From: Eledone cirrhosa
Taxonomy: Eukaryota
Assembly (NCBI GenBank): GCA_964016885.1
Contig: OZ024743.1
Span: 181,350,001-181,414,000 of the forward strand
DNA length: 64,000 nucleotides
Reading direction: 5' to 3'
Positions 13,576 through 25,394 of the stretch are shown here, piece by piece. The translations under genes were made by a program, and so were the position numbers. The notes beneath the pieces are model-generated. The model worked only from the letters and a program-made list of their open reading frames with translations, had not been told where the DNA came from and searched no databases. The number at the start of each line of letters is the position of its first letter. Within the stretch, counting starts at the first letter, position 1.

Positions 13576-16500
13576 CTACAGGCTGATATAGAGAGAAGGC
13601 CCATTCACTCGGGCCATTCTCGCTACTTTAACCCACCTTTCATAAAACTTGCTGGGGTAGAGCACCTCTCTCTCCATTCTGATCCTTCTTCTAAAGTGGT
13701 ACTTGAAAAAAAAGACCAGTTGTTGGCCGGAGAGAAAGGTGTCTGACCTCAGCCCTTTCAACCTTGTCCACCATACAACTTCTTTCGCCATAGCTATCAC
13801 ACAGAGGAAAACCGCCTCTCCTTCGTTTTTGAAAGGGGGAGGCGGTTTGATCGTAACAATGTTCTCGGTGGTCAACCGGATTGGTCCCACCCGCGACAGT
13901 AGTCGTTCCACATAGCCCCACAGGTCAGCAACGCTCGGGCACTGTACGAATGCGTGTGCGACGGTTTCCTCGTCACGCACGCATCTCGGACAGATCTTCT
14001 TCGAGGGGTACCTACCCGGGCGCCCGTGTCTGTAGAGCTTGTCCCGAACGGGTAGAGCTCCTCGGTAACATTGCCAAGCCAGGGACTTTTGGAAGTTGTC
14101 CATCGGTCCCGGGCCAAACGTCCTACCGAACAGACTGGCCAGCTGGTCTTCCTCCATGCCCAGAGCCTCTCCGAGAGCGTCGTCGCACTTACTGCGCACC
14201 AACCCTCTATAGAATGTTGAGGTTGAGTCTCCACTGATTGCCGGATCCGCTTGCCAGAGGGCCGTGAGCGCCTGGGCACATTCAATGTGCCAGTCGCCCA
14301 CTTTTCTCGGTCTTTGCTTGACCCAGGATTGCAGCTCGGTGAGTGAGAGGAGTCTCGGAAAGGCTCGCCTCACAAACAAGGCCCACACCGGCTGACCGGT
14401 GAGGAATACCTGGAGGTGCCGTAGCCTTAATGCGTGTCTACGCATCGTCAGCCACGGCATCCCCAGCCCTCCGTTCGAAGGGTGTTGACAGCAGATGGAT
14501 CTTCTCACCAAAGGACCCCGCTTCTTCCAAAGAAATCGGAAGAGCGCGCGCTCCATTTTGGCGAGTGTTTTCTCTGGGCAAGGCACGACGGTCAAGCGAT
14601 AGTAGATGACGGACGCTATATAAGCGTTCGCCACCCACGCTCGACGTTTCAGGGATAGTTTACACTCGGCCCACTTCTGGGTCAGTGCAAACACCTTGCG
14701 CGTTACCTCGTCCCAGTTTTTCTCCACCTGGAGGTCCGGTCCGAACCAGACCCTGAGCAGCTTCACAGGTCCCTCCGTCCAGCGTCCGACGATGCCGTCG
14801 GAGAGAATCGTTTTGCCCCTCCACGTCCCGAGTTGCAAACCGACGGACTTGTCCCGGTTCAGCTAGGCTCCTGTGAACCTTTCATATTCCTCCAGTAAGG
14901 TGCCGGTCTGCCCAATTTCCGAGGCGCACGACACCATTACTGTCACGTCATCGGCGTAGGCCGACACCGTTTTCCGCAATTCAGGTTCCAAGGGGATGCC
15001 CTGCAACAGCTCCAGCTTCCGCAGTAGTGGCTCGAGAGCCAGCACATACAGGAGGGAGGAGAGAGGGCATCCCTGTCGGATGGATCGCGTGATTTGGAAC
15101 GGCTCCGAGAGCCTGGAGCAGGTGTTGCTGCTGTGCATTGCAGCAATCCAGACCCTGAAAACGGGTCCGAAGCCTGCCGCCGCGAGTACCGCATCCAGGT
15201 ACCGATGGTCAACCCTATTGAACGCCTTAGATTGATCCAACTTGATCAGGGCCCCACCAAGGCCGGGTTCGTTCCCTACCCTCTCTACGATGTATCGCAT
15301 GAGGTGGAGGTTGTCGTGTATGGACCTGGACGGGATTGCGCATGTCTGCGCTTCTCCCACCAGGTTCCGGACGACAAGCGCCAACATCTTCGCTAACACC
15401 TTGGCCAAAATCTTTAACCCTGTGTTTAGCAGAGTTATGGGGCTGAAGTTATCTATGTCATCCCCTTGTTCTCGTCCTTCCTCACCAGCGTGACTACGCC
15501 CTTGGTCACAGAACTGAGAATTCTCCCGTTCTGTTGCCAGTTGCAGTAGACCGCCTCGAGGAGACCGGAGAACAAGCCCGGGATCGCTACATAAAGTTCG
15601 TATGGTAGACCATCGAGACCCGGAGATTTGCATTTGCCGCATTGGCTCAGCGCTTCCCCTATTTTAGCGGCTGAAATCGGCCTCTCGCAGGACTTCTCCT
15701 CCCCGTCCGAGAGCCGCGCCAGACCGTCGAGGTATGGACCGAAATCCATGGCCCCACCCGGCCCGCCGCCCCTCCCGAACAGTCGTGCAAAGCGCCGTTG
15801 AAAGACCGCGCTCATCCGCTCAGGTTCAAGGATCACGCGTCCATCCTGGTCCTTCAAAGACCGAATCGTGGACTTGTTTCCACTTTTTGCCTCTGTCACT
15901 CGGGCCCAGCTAACAGCTTTGGCTCCCTCGTTACCCAGAGCACGTATTTTACTCCTGACAACGCAGCCCTCGTGCTTCGCATCAAAGAACTGGTCTAGGG
16001 CCGTTCTTGACGCCAGCACGCCGGCCACGTTGCCACTCCTAATCGCCTCTTCTATTCTATTTGTTAATTCCCTTTCAGTTCTATTGTTATCTGATGCTAA
16101 TTCTCGACTAAAACCTATCGATTCTATTCTAATTTCTCTCTTGAGAGAGCCCCACCACCTGCTGTTGACAATTGCCCCCGTCAAACGCTGCTTAACTAGT
16201 GTGCTAATCCGCTTACTGTAACCTTTGTTTGTCGGTAAAGACAAGTTTAGCTTCCAGTAACCGGGTCCCTATCTATGAGTTCTATCAAGGTTGACCACTC
16301 CAGTCACCAACTTGTCATTCCAACAGTCAAAAATGAACATTCGTGGACAGCTTAATATGTCCCTATCCTTATTTCTAACTAGGAACCTATCTAGGTACGA
16401 CCTAGATGTTCCGCTGCGATTACTCCACGTCCACCGTGGCACAGTCGGAAAATCTAGTCGATATCTATCGGCCAGATCAAATCGGCCGATTAATCGTTTG

Positions 16501-16992
16501 AGGCTGTTACACCCCCTCTATCGGGACATGCCCCTACATAGTCCCAACGTGCATCCAGGATACCATTCCAGTCCCCCACTAAAAGCAAGGAGCGAGACGT
16601 CCCAGGAAATTCTCCAGGCATCGGAAGAAGTCCGGTCGCGGTGTCCCAGATGGGGCATACGCTGCCACCAGCCTAAAAGCTCCACCTTAACCACTGCCGA
16701 CGTCTAAAACCACCAGTCGACCCTCCGGGTCCAGGTGTACCTTCTGTGTGGCAAGACCCAGGTATTTTCGCAGCAGAACGACAACCCCACCACCACCCCT
16801 CGGCTGACAGAGAGATGCGTAGATCTCAAAGTCGTCGAAGATGGGGGCCAGTTGGCGCTCGCTGTTGATCCTGGACTCGCAAATAACCATTACATCCACT
16901 CTGTGCGACCTGAGGTCATTTAAGAGTTTGCCCTGTTTCCAGGACATCCCCAGGCCGCGTGCATTCACACATCCAACTCTTATATTGGCCAT
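13576..16992 (-). pseudogene. Tx1 ORF2 (APE endonuclease, reverse transcriptase, C-terminal Cys/His motif), disrupted
   Basis: IRVGCVNARGL, ICES, SPGLDG, LDQSKAF, RQGCPLS, YADD and CPRC..HAFVQC, split over several frames by frameshifts and stops. Confidence 0.95.
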
Positions 16993-17034
16993 GTTGGTGC
17001 TGAAGAGTTAAAAAGGAAGAGGAAAGGAAATTAC

Positions 17035-18846
17035 TTACCTCTTCGTCTCCTGGGGACCAGGCTGCACAATTTCCATGGGGGTGCTGGAAGGGTTGTTTGG
17101 TGGGGTGGTGGTTTGTGGTGGGGTGAGGACATCAGTGAGTGGTGGGATTAGGGTGTTTGGTGGGGTGTGGGTGTCTTCTGGTGTGGGGGTGGGGAAACAT
17201 CTCAATAGGACGCTGTTAAGTGGTTTGGTGCAGGTGGTCCCCACATGCATTGGATGGTTCTTTTTCAAAGTTACATAGGTTTCTGTTGGGACCCTAATCA
17301 TCATTAGGTGCGGTTTGTTCGCTGAGTAGGTGAAAGTGATCTCTTCGGTTTCCACCGAAGGGTTATTTTCTATCGCTTTCATCAAAGTTTTATTGTTCTT
17401 GTTAATGTATGTATAGTGTTTTGTTGTGTTGTGTTTGTTTTTGTTTGTTGTTCTTGTGCGTGTTTGCGTTTTGTAGTATGTGTTATGTTTTGGGGAGGGG
17501 TGGGGTTTTTTGTTTGTGATGTTTGTTCTGTTTGTGCTGGTGGTTGTGTGTTTGTAGCATTTTTGTTAATGTGGTGCCTTTTTTTTCCTTTTCACCTGTT
17601 GAAAGGGTTCTCCCTCGTCGTCACTGGGTGACGTTGATACGGAGTCCTCTTCCGTGTTGTTGGGGAGGGGTATATTTTGGGGTTTTGTTGTGGTTGCTTT
17701 TGTATATGTTTTAGGTGGGGAGGGGTTGGGTGGAACAGTGTTTTGTGTTGTTATTTTTCCGTATTGTTGTGGTTGTTGTTGTTGTGGTGGTGGTGGTGGT
17801 CGTCGTCGTTGTGTTGTTGCGTTCGGTGTTGGCAGAAGAGCCTTTTTTTTTACTCGTTAATTGAGGACAGGCAGCCTTCAGGTGACCCCTGCTTAAGCAG
17901 TGGTAACATGACGGCCGCCTTCCCTCCACTGAAATGTTTATATAAGTTAGCCCGTCCAGAGGCACGCGTTGTGGGATATTCACTATTCGTTCTGGGCTCA
18001 TTTACACCAGAACTTCTACGCTGGTCCCGCCAAATACACCTCTAGAGGACTTTCCTATTGAAATTATCTTGTCTTCATCAAAGTCAATGATTCCACATAG
18101 TATCCACCAAATATTTACATTTGGTGTGATTCTCATTATTTTTATTCTTTGTGTCCTTTTCCCCCTGTATGTGGGGAAAAAGGTGAAGCGGGGGGACACA
18201 ATGGGTGATACCGAGTACTTTTGTGCTGTTGACTGGTTGTTCATTAGCACCGAAATGCTACCAAACAGTTTTCCTTTTTGTATGAAGGTTATGTCCTTCA
18301 TTGCATCTTTTAGAACCAGCTCAATTTCATTTTGTGATAATTGAGCTGGTTTTCTTGTTTCGGTCGATATTCTCCTGAAAACCACAGTTTTCAGGACAGC
18401 CTCTCTACGTAATTCCTGTGGAGAATTGATGCTAAAAGCACCGTTTTCGCCAAAAGTCACGAATTGTTTTGCGTCTTGTAATAGTTGTTTAGCATTTTGT
18501 ATGTCTATAGGCATGTATAGTTCGTTTTTTTTTACAGTCTGTGCGAATGTTGTTTTGGTGTTGTTGTCTTTTTTGTTGCTGCTCTTGTTGTTACTGTTGG
18601 TAATATTGTTCATGTTTTCCTTGGTGTTGCTATTGTTGCAGTTGTTGGTTGTGGTGTTATTGTCATCGTTCTTGTTGTTGGTGCTGGTATTATTTACCGG
18701 GATTGGTTTCGTGGTTTCAATATTTTCAACGTTTTTCGATAATGCGAGGGGGAAGGCTGCAAGCTTTGTACTCTTACCTTCCCTCTACCACTTTTCTTAG
18801 TGGGCGTGGCACTCACGACAGTGTGCGAGGTGGAAATGGCATCCAT
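17035..18846 (-). pseudogene. Tx1 ORF1 (gag-like, CCHC zinc knuckle), disrupted
   Basis: CYHCLSRGHLKAAC = CX2CX4HX4C; N/T-rich low-complexity tracts; in-frame stop at 18002-18004; probable ATG at 18846 with a frameshift before 18613. Confidence 0.85.
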
Positions 18847-19574
18847 TGCTGACTACCAAATCTACACAGTTTTGAGATGAAAATGAAAATTTCGCAAAAG
18901 AAAGGGGCGAAAATTAGTTAACTCAACGTCTGCAGGCCCAGGCAAGGGGTTAACTAAACAATGCTATTAAATTAAGCAATGAACTCACAGTTTTTTTACA
19001 ATAATTCGTAAAAATCCGGAGCGAAGTAATTCACGTCTATATCAAGTGGTAATTGATATAGAGAGGAATAGAATTTGATTTTAGCAGATACAGATAGGGG
19101 GATTAAAAAAGAGTTTTATGTGATAGACATAGAGAGGTAGGGAGTTTAGGGGCACTCATGGGTCCCAAATAATAGGAGGCGGTGGCAATAATGGGGCGCG
19201 AGGGGGGGGGGGGCTTGGGAAATCAGTAATTGTATAGTGTACGTTTGTAAGTATGGGATATCTTGTAATGTTCTTATTTTGTCATATATAGTGTTTTTTT
19301 TTTATGTAAAATAAAATTATTAATAGATTCTCCACCTGCTGTATCAATAAGAATCACTTACAATAAAATTTCGCCGGAGATAGATTAGCAAAATTTAATA
19401 AGTGGGTGACTTGACCTTTTACAACTAACCCATTTCAAACTTTCTTTCTGCTAACACTCTCTCATCGTGTAGTGGAAGAGGATGGAGCCGGAAGATGTGT
19501 ATCTGGGGTGCTGAGGTAACAGAGGGAAGATTGTGAAGCCAAGGAAAACACGGGGATCCAAGGTACTTTACATA

Positions 19575-20060
19575 GAATCTCAACAGAATTACCCTCTTCC
19601 TTTTCGAAACAGGTAAATCCCTCATCTGGAATGTGATATGCTTCTCTGCATCCAACTTAGTCACCTCGACCACAAAACCTGGTACCGGGACTCACAATGT
19701 AGATGACAGGAAGACAAGCAAATAACGGGGATTTTTCGGCGGCTTCCTCTTTGCACCGATCGCTGTCGAGACATCAGGCGTCCTCAAACCTCAGACTGCT
19801 GACCTCCTCCGTAAAATCGGATCGATAGCAGCCCGTCTGAGGAAGAAGCCACGCGAGGTGGGGTGGCTGTTGCAGCGTGTGTCGCTGTCCATTGTCCAAG
19901 GAAATGCTTTTGCCATTTTGACCTAGGTATAGAGTCTGTCACCCTCTCTCCTTCCCCCTTTCTTTCTTCCTTTGTCTAGTTCCTGGTCTTTCCCTCCTTG
20001 TCCTCTCATTTATGTTATTTATAGTCCTTTCCAATATTTCTTTCTTTTTCTGTATGTTTT
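19575..20060 (+). mobile_element. CRE-clade non-LTR retrotransposon 3' remnant (RLE endonuclease)
   Basis: ITLFLFETGKSLIWNV...DDRKTSK*..FLFAPIAVETSG...WLLQRVSLSIVQGNAFAILT* fits the CRE RLE C-terminus; pyrimidine-rich 3'UTR, then (TA)n. Confidence 0.8.
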
Positions 20061-20077
20061 ATATATATATATATATA

Positions 20078-20732
20078 ATGAACAATTAGAAATTAGAAGT
20101 TAGGATTATCCATCATCAGTTTTATACTAGGTATCATAGGTATTTCTTCGCGTTAGAGACAAGATACCTAAACCTAGGGCGAAACAATAACTAAGTAAGT
20201 TATTGGGATTAAAAGAAATGGGTGGAGAAAGAGAAAGACATGTAAAGAGACACGATGGATGAAACAACGTAAAGAGAGGAAAAAAGAAAAAAGTCAAGTC
20301 AATAATTCATTTCGAGCATAAGAACAGGCGAATTTTGACGAGGAGAAAAAGACAACGTCTTGACCGTACGGGTGTGAGCGAGAAGAAAGACCGCGTACAG
20401 TGTTGGACGATGGAGTAAGCGAGAGAGAGGGTGAGTAGCAGAGAGTGAGTGAGTGAAAGTGCGAGGAAGAGGCTAGCCGAGAGAGGGTGACTGGCAGAGG
20501 GGGTGAGTGAAAGTAAGAGGGAGAAGGAGAGAGAGAGCGGGGAGAGAGCTCGGATAGCAGCTAGGGAAGAGAAAAAAGACAGGTCATAGCAGAAAGGGAA
20601 GCATATATGAATCAAAATGGTGAGCTGTGTTGTTGCAATTAAGTATAATGAAAAATGATACTTAATTGCAACAACACAGCTCGCCATTTTGATTCACATA
20701 TGCTTCCCCCCTCTTGTAACCTGTCTTTTTTC
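20078..20732 (-). mobile_element. Penelope-like pLTR-type element with inverted terminal copy
   Basis: Minus-strand degenerate hammerhead CTGATGA-TGGATAATCC-TAAC (20099-20119); palindrome at 20572-20731. Confidence 0.55.
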
Positions 20733-20899
20733 TTATTTTTATTTTTTAATTCTTCTGTATAGATTTAAATTGTTTATATCATTTATACGAATTCCACATA
20801 ACACACTATCAGTAATTCTATGTAAAATGCTGACTTTCATAATTCTCTCGAAACACGTGTAAAGAATTAAAAATGCATTTGTGAGTTTTATATCGAATA

Positions 20900-21365
20900 A
20901 TAATAATATTCGATTCGTTTGCAAACAGCCTCATTACGCTATGTTTTTTAGATGACCATTGTCATTCTTTTAGCAGTGACAGAGAGAAACAATCAACAAT
21001 ATTGTTTCTTGGTTATTGCCCTTTGTCAAGATTGTGTATCTCTCTATTCTGTCACACACTAGAACTCTTGAGAATATATAGTATTCTCTAAAGTACACAT
21101 CGGCTGATTAGCCTAATTTGCATACCGGGCGATTTTACGGCTGGCTTTGCCGAAAGTTAAAAGCAAAATTAGAATTTAGTTTTTCGCTCTAACATAGCGG
21201 ATATGTAAATTCATTCATGCGTTTTATATTCGATTCGTTTGCAAACATTACGCTGCGTTTTTTTAGACGACCATCGCCATCCTTTTGTTCTAGAGTTGAC
21301 AGAGAGAAATAATCGGCAATATTGTTTCTGTGTTATTGCCCTTTGTCAAGATTGTGTATCTCTCT
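20900..21365. repeat. Partial tandem repeat (~140-bp direct repeats) of a dispersed family
   Basis: ATATTCGATTCGTTTGCAAACA...GATTGTGTATCTCT at ~20906-21045 and ~21226-21365; the intervening 21068-21210 matches 51540-51683 in reverse. Confidence 0.8.
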
Positions 21366-21561
21366 TCTGATTTATCCATCTATATGTTTAATGATATTTA
21401 CTCTGTGTTTTTGTCTGTACTTCTAACAACCTTATTCTCCCTAAAAAATTACCCTTTTTCTTCAGAGTAATATATAAACACATTCAAATATTTCTGAACT
21501 GTTTGGCAATTATATACTACCATATATAATTCCCATTCCCCACATAAAATGTATTATATAT

Positions 21562-21620
<59 letters not shown>

Positions 21621-22382
21621 TATTGTTATACTTTGGGAGAGTCATGTTGCCAATAAGAAACACAGGCACCGTTATTGCTCCAGCCAGCCTACTCTCCCTC
21701 AGCAAACACCCTAAACCAAACACCATCCTGTATCCATGACTCCTACCAAAGAAACAGTACTCTCCCTCCAATCATACACCGACAACCTGTTCTCCCAAAC
21801 TCGGCTTACGCAGTCAGACCTTAATAGCCACCTAATGAGGAAAACAGACGTTATCAAGCTGCAGCTGTCTTATTACATAGTTTCTATATAATAAGGTCAA
21901 AGCTATGTTTATCTCAGCAACTACGACTCCATTACGTAACAGGTCGTGTTCCAACTCCTCCCCTTGTCTCTCAACTTTAAACTCTTAAACTATTCACTTA
22001 GATGTCATGCCTCGCATCGGAGAGTTTAGTTCTCACAATATATCAGGAAAACCAAATTAATAATAATCAAGAAACTACATGTAGTGTAGGTAGTACAGTG
22101 AAATACTAGTGTTGGTACCAAATGAAGCACTCTGTGTATGGGCAGAGTGTATATAATAGAAAAAAAGAGAAAGTTTCGTTTACATATGAAAAATATTTAT
22201 TACGTATCGACCTGTTACGCGTGTTTCGCAGAGGATTGGCTCAAGGTGACCGAACGTTCGAATCTAGCTGTTGAAGAGGCACGAACTCAGCCGTCGGGAT
22301 CCTGATTTTTTCATATTAACCACTCTACTACCCCAAGTATCGAGTACTCTGGTGAGTAATGGTCTAACTGGTCTAACTGGTT

Positions 22383-23407
22383 TACATCGACGACTGTATC
22401 GGAGCCACGACCCTCACCCGAGAACAGCTCGACTCCTTTCTCTCCTTCTTCTGCTCCTTCCACCCCTCCCTCCACTTCACCACCTCTATCTCCACCACCC
22501 ACGTCCACTTCTTAGACATCTCCATCGCCTTCGACCCCTCCCACCACTCCCTCGTCACCTCCGCCTTCTTCAAACCCACCGACTCCCACTCCTACCTCGA
22601 CTTCACTTCTTCCCACCCCACACACACTAAACACTCTATTCTCTACTCCCAACTCCTCAGGATCCGCCGCCTCTGTAGCCGAGATGTTGACTTTGAGTCC
22701 TAGGCCCTTTCCCTAGTCAGCCATTTCATCCGCAGAGGTTACCCCCCCCCCCTCTCTCGTCCACACCGCTCTCACCCGCACCCGTGCTGTCCACAGCTCC
22801 ACCACCCTCACCCCACGCCACCGCACACAATACCCACCGTCTCCCCTTCCCCATCACCTACCACCCCTCCATCATACCCCTCCACCGCACCATCCTCCGC
22901 CTCTTCCGACGCCTGCAGTCCGACCCCTCCACCTCCCACATCTTCCCAGCCCCACCACTCCCCTCCTTCAAACGCGCACGCAATCTCCGCACCCTCCTCG
23001 TCCACAGCTCCCTACTCCCCCCCGGTTCCTATCCCTGTTCTAGGCCCCGCTGCAACACCTGTCCCCACATCACCAACACCACCACCTTCCAGGGTCCCAA
23101 CGGCCACTCTCTCTCTGTCCGGCATGCCTTCCGCCGCACCTCCTCCAACCTAGTCTACGTCGGACAGACTGGACGTCGCCTGGCGGACAGATTTACTGAG
23201 CACCTCCGGGATATTCGTCTCGGTGGTAGTTCCCCCATCGCCCGCCACTTTGGTGCCTCTGGACATTCCGCGCACCACCTCACAGTCTGTGGCCTACTCC
23301 AATGCCACGGAACACCCGCCAATCTCCTAAGAGTCGAACAACGAACCATCTTCACCCTACAGACCCACACTCCCCCCGGCCTGAACTCCCCACCCTTATT
23401 CCTTTAG
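22383..23407 (+). pseudogene. PLE reverse transcriptase C-terminus and GIY-YIG endonuclease
   Basis: YIDDCIG, VHFLDISI, FKPTDSHSYLDFTSSHP, YSQLLRIRRLCS; CSRPRCNTC linker; NLVYVGQTGRRLADRFTEH...PPGLN. One stop, a frameshift at the poly-C (~22742) and an apparent deletion between the GIY and YIG motifs. Confidence 0.92.
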
Positions 23408-24570
23408 CCTTCGACCACCCCCCTCCCCCCACACATATCCCCCACTAACACCACTAACACACCCCTCCTTTTCACCGCCCACCCCACAATTAAAAATACT
23501 AACACCTCCACCCCACATCCGACCACCCTTCCCCAACTAACATACTAACATCCCTCCCTTCTTCTCCTACCCCCTCCTTATCACACGCACACACCCACCG
23601 GTACATATATATACACGCGCTCACACTAAACACACACCCTACTACCACCACTAACCCTCACCCCCACACATCCACCCCACCACCCCGCAACTAACATCAC
23701 TAACACCCCCTGACCCCAAGCACACGAACACACACACCCACTTACACCACCCACTCCACACGCAACTAACATCACTAATACCCCCCAACCCTACGCACAC
23801 GAATACACACACCCTCTTACACCACCCACTCTACACACCCTACCACCACTGACCCCCACTCACACCCGCATTCAACCCTATCTCCACCTCCAGTATACTA
23901 ACACCCACTAACACCCCCTTCACCACACACACACACCAGTACACTACACTCCCTCCATCGGCCTCCACACCCTTCTCTCCACGCTCTACCCACACCTTTT
24001 CTCAAACACTCACACATCCCACTAACACCTCTACTAATACACACACACACCCTCCTCACTCCAACTTTCACACCTACCCATCCTCTCCCCTGTCCACCGC
24101 ACCTCCGCACACACTGACACACCTTCACTTACCATTCTACCCTACTGCTGCTATGCCTCTGACCACCTCCACGCACACACAGACACACAATCCTCCTCCT
24201 GCCTTGACCCTCTGACCACTTCCTTTTGCGCGCGCACCCCACATCTCCCCTCTTCCGACCAATCTTTTCACGGAAGACACATATGTGAACCTTGATCCCG
24301 AGAATCTACCGCATCCCAGGATTTTACTCAGCATTTCACCACATCTTTTTTACGGAATTACCTTTAAGACTCACCCCAAACACACACACAAAAAAAATTT
24401 TCCCACACGCCACCTACATCCACAACACGCACAAACACCACATACACACGTGCGTACTCATGCCTTTATTTTTAATTTCATTTGCACCGTTTCCTCTCAC
24501 CCCTCTTTTTGCTATATGTCTGTCCACCACTCCCCTACACACCCTTTGAACTCTCTTCCCACACACTTTT

Positions 24571-24604
24571 CACCTGAAGAAGGGCTTATGCCCGAAACGT
24601 CGTT
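24571..24604 (+). ncRNA. Minimal type I hammerhead ribozyme in the PLE pLTR
   Basis: CAC-CTGAAGA-A-GGGC-TTAT-GCCC-GAAA-CG-TC-GTT: intact core, 4-bp stem II, palindromic ACGT stem III and GUC cleavage triplet. Confidence 0.8.
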
Positions 24605-24688
24605 CCCCACCACCACCCCACTCTCAAGAGCGTGAAATTAATAAACCTTTGTTCGTATTGCCCCTCTGTTTTGTTCCTGTTCAATTTT

Positions 24689-24727
<39 letters not shown>

Positions 24728-24733
<6 letters not shown>

Positions 24734-24871
24734 ATACTTTGGGAGGGTCATGTTGCCAACCAACCAGAAATTTATAAACTTGTAAATTTATAAATATATA
24801 ATAAATTGAAGTGAAAGCAACTGGTGCGTGTGTTTCTTATTGGCAACATGACCCTCCCAAAGTATAACAAT
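24728..24871. repeat. 32-bp perfect inverted repeat of a dispersed element end
   Basis: ATTGTTATACTTTGGGAGGGTCATGTTGCCAA at 24728-24759, reverse complement at 24840-24871; the same end follows (TA)n at 9321 and 21622. Confidence 0.88.
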
Positions 24872-24927
24872 ATCGGTTTCAACACACGATTTCAGATAAA
24901 GAATCTTGCTAAACAAATTCAGAAACG

Positions 24928-24990
<63 letters not shown>

Positions 24991-24998
<8 letters not shown>

Positions 24999-25250
24999 TA
25001 ACAGATTAAAGTTTAAACAAATAATGACGTATTATATTCGTTTTTTCCCGTTCTTTGCCAGGGAACGTTTCCACGAACCAAAGTATCGTCTTCCTGTCTT
25101 CCTCCGGTTGCAACGTTTTTTGAAATATTCACTTCTGCATTCACAGATTAACTTTGTTAGTTTCAGAAGATCCCGTTAAGGGTGAAAACAGCGATTCTTT
25201 GCTTAAACTTTAATCTGTTATTTTAATAAATATTTCCTCTACGGTTCTTA
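24991..25250 (+). mobile_element. pLTR-type element with 26-bp inverted repeat and degenerate hammerhead
   Basis: TATTAAAATAACAGATTAAAGTTTAA 24991-25016 is inverted at 25203-25228; CAGAAGA-TCCC-GTTAA-GGGT-GAAA at 25164-25187. Confidence 0.6.
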
Positions 25251-25316
25251 TATATTTGATATATATTTATCCTTATAGAGCCCTCTTTGGATTTTAGTCT
25301 TCAAATTTATTATTAT

Positions 25317-25389
<73 letters not shown>

Positions 25390-25394
<5 letters not shown>

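Larger units (their letters stand above)
13333..19045 (-). mobile_element. Full-length Tx1-clade (L1-group) LINE, copy 1, ~5.7 kb
   Basis: 15-bp TSD GTGGTAATTGATATA at 13318-13332 and 19046-19060; 5'UTR, ORF1, ORF2 and a 3'UTR ending GTGGCAAATAAATAGAAA. Confidence 0.95.
22381..24692 (+). mobile_element. Penelope-like element (Neptune-type), 5'-truncated
   Basis: RT remnant, GIY-YIG domain, long CA-rich 3' region and pLTR with hammerhead, ending at (TA)n. Confidence 0.9.

Noticed and set aside
13691-16707. Antisense and alternate-frame ORFs inside the LINEs (also 27045-29950)
   Set aside because: Shadows of GC-rich ORF2; their limits are not conserved between the two copies.
21116-21123. Octamer motif ATTTGCAT
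   Set aside because: It lies within a dispersed repeat whose other copy reads ATTTGTAT.
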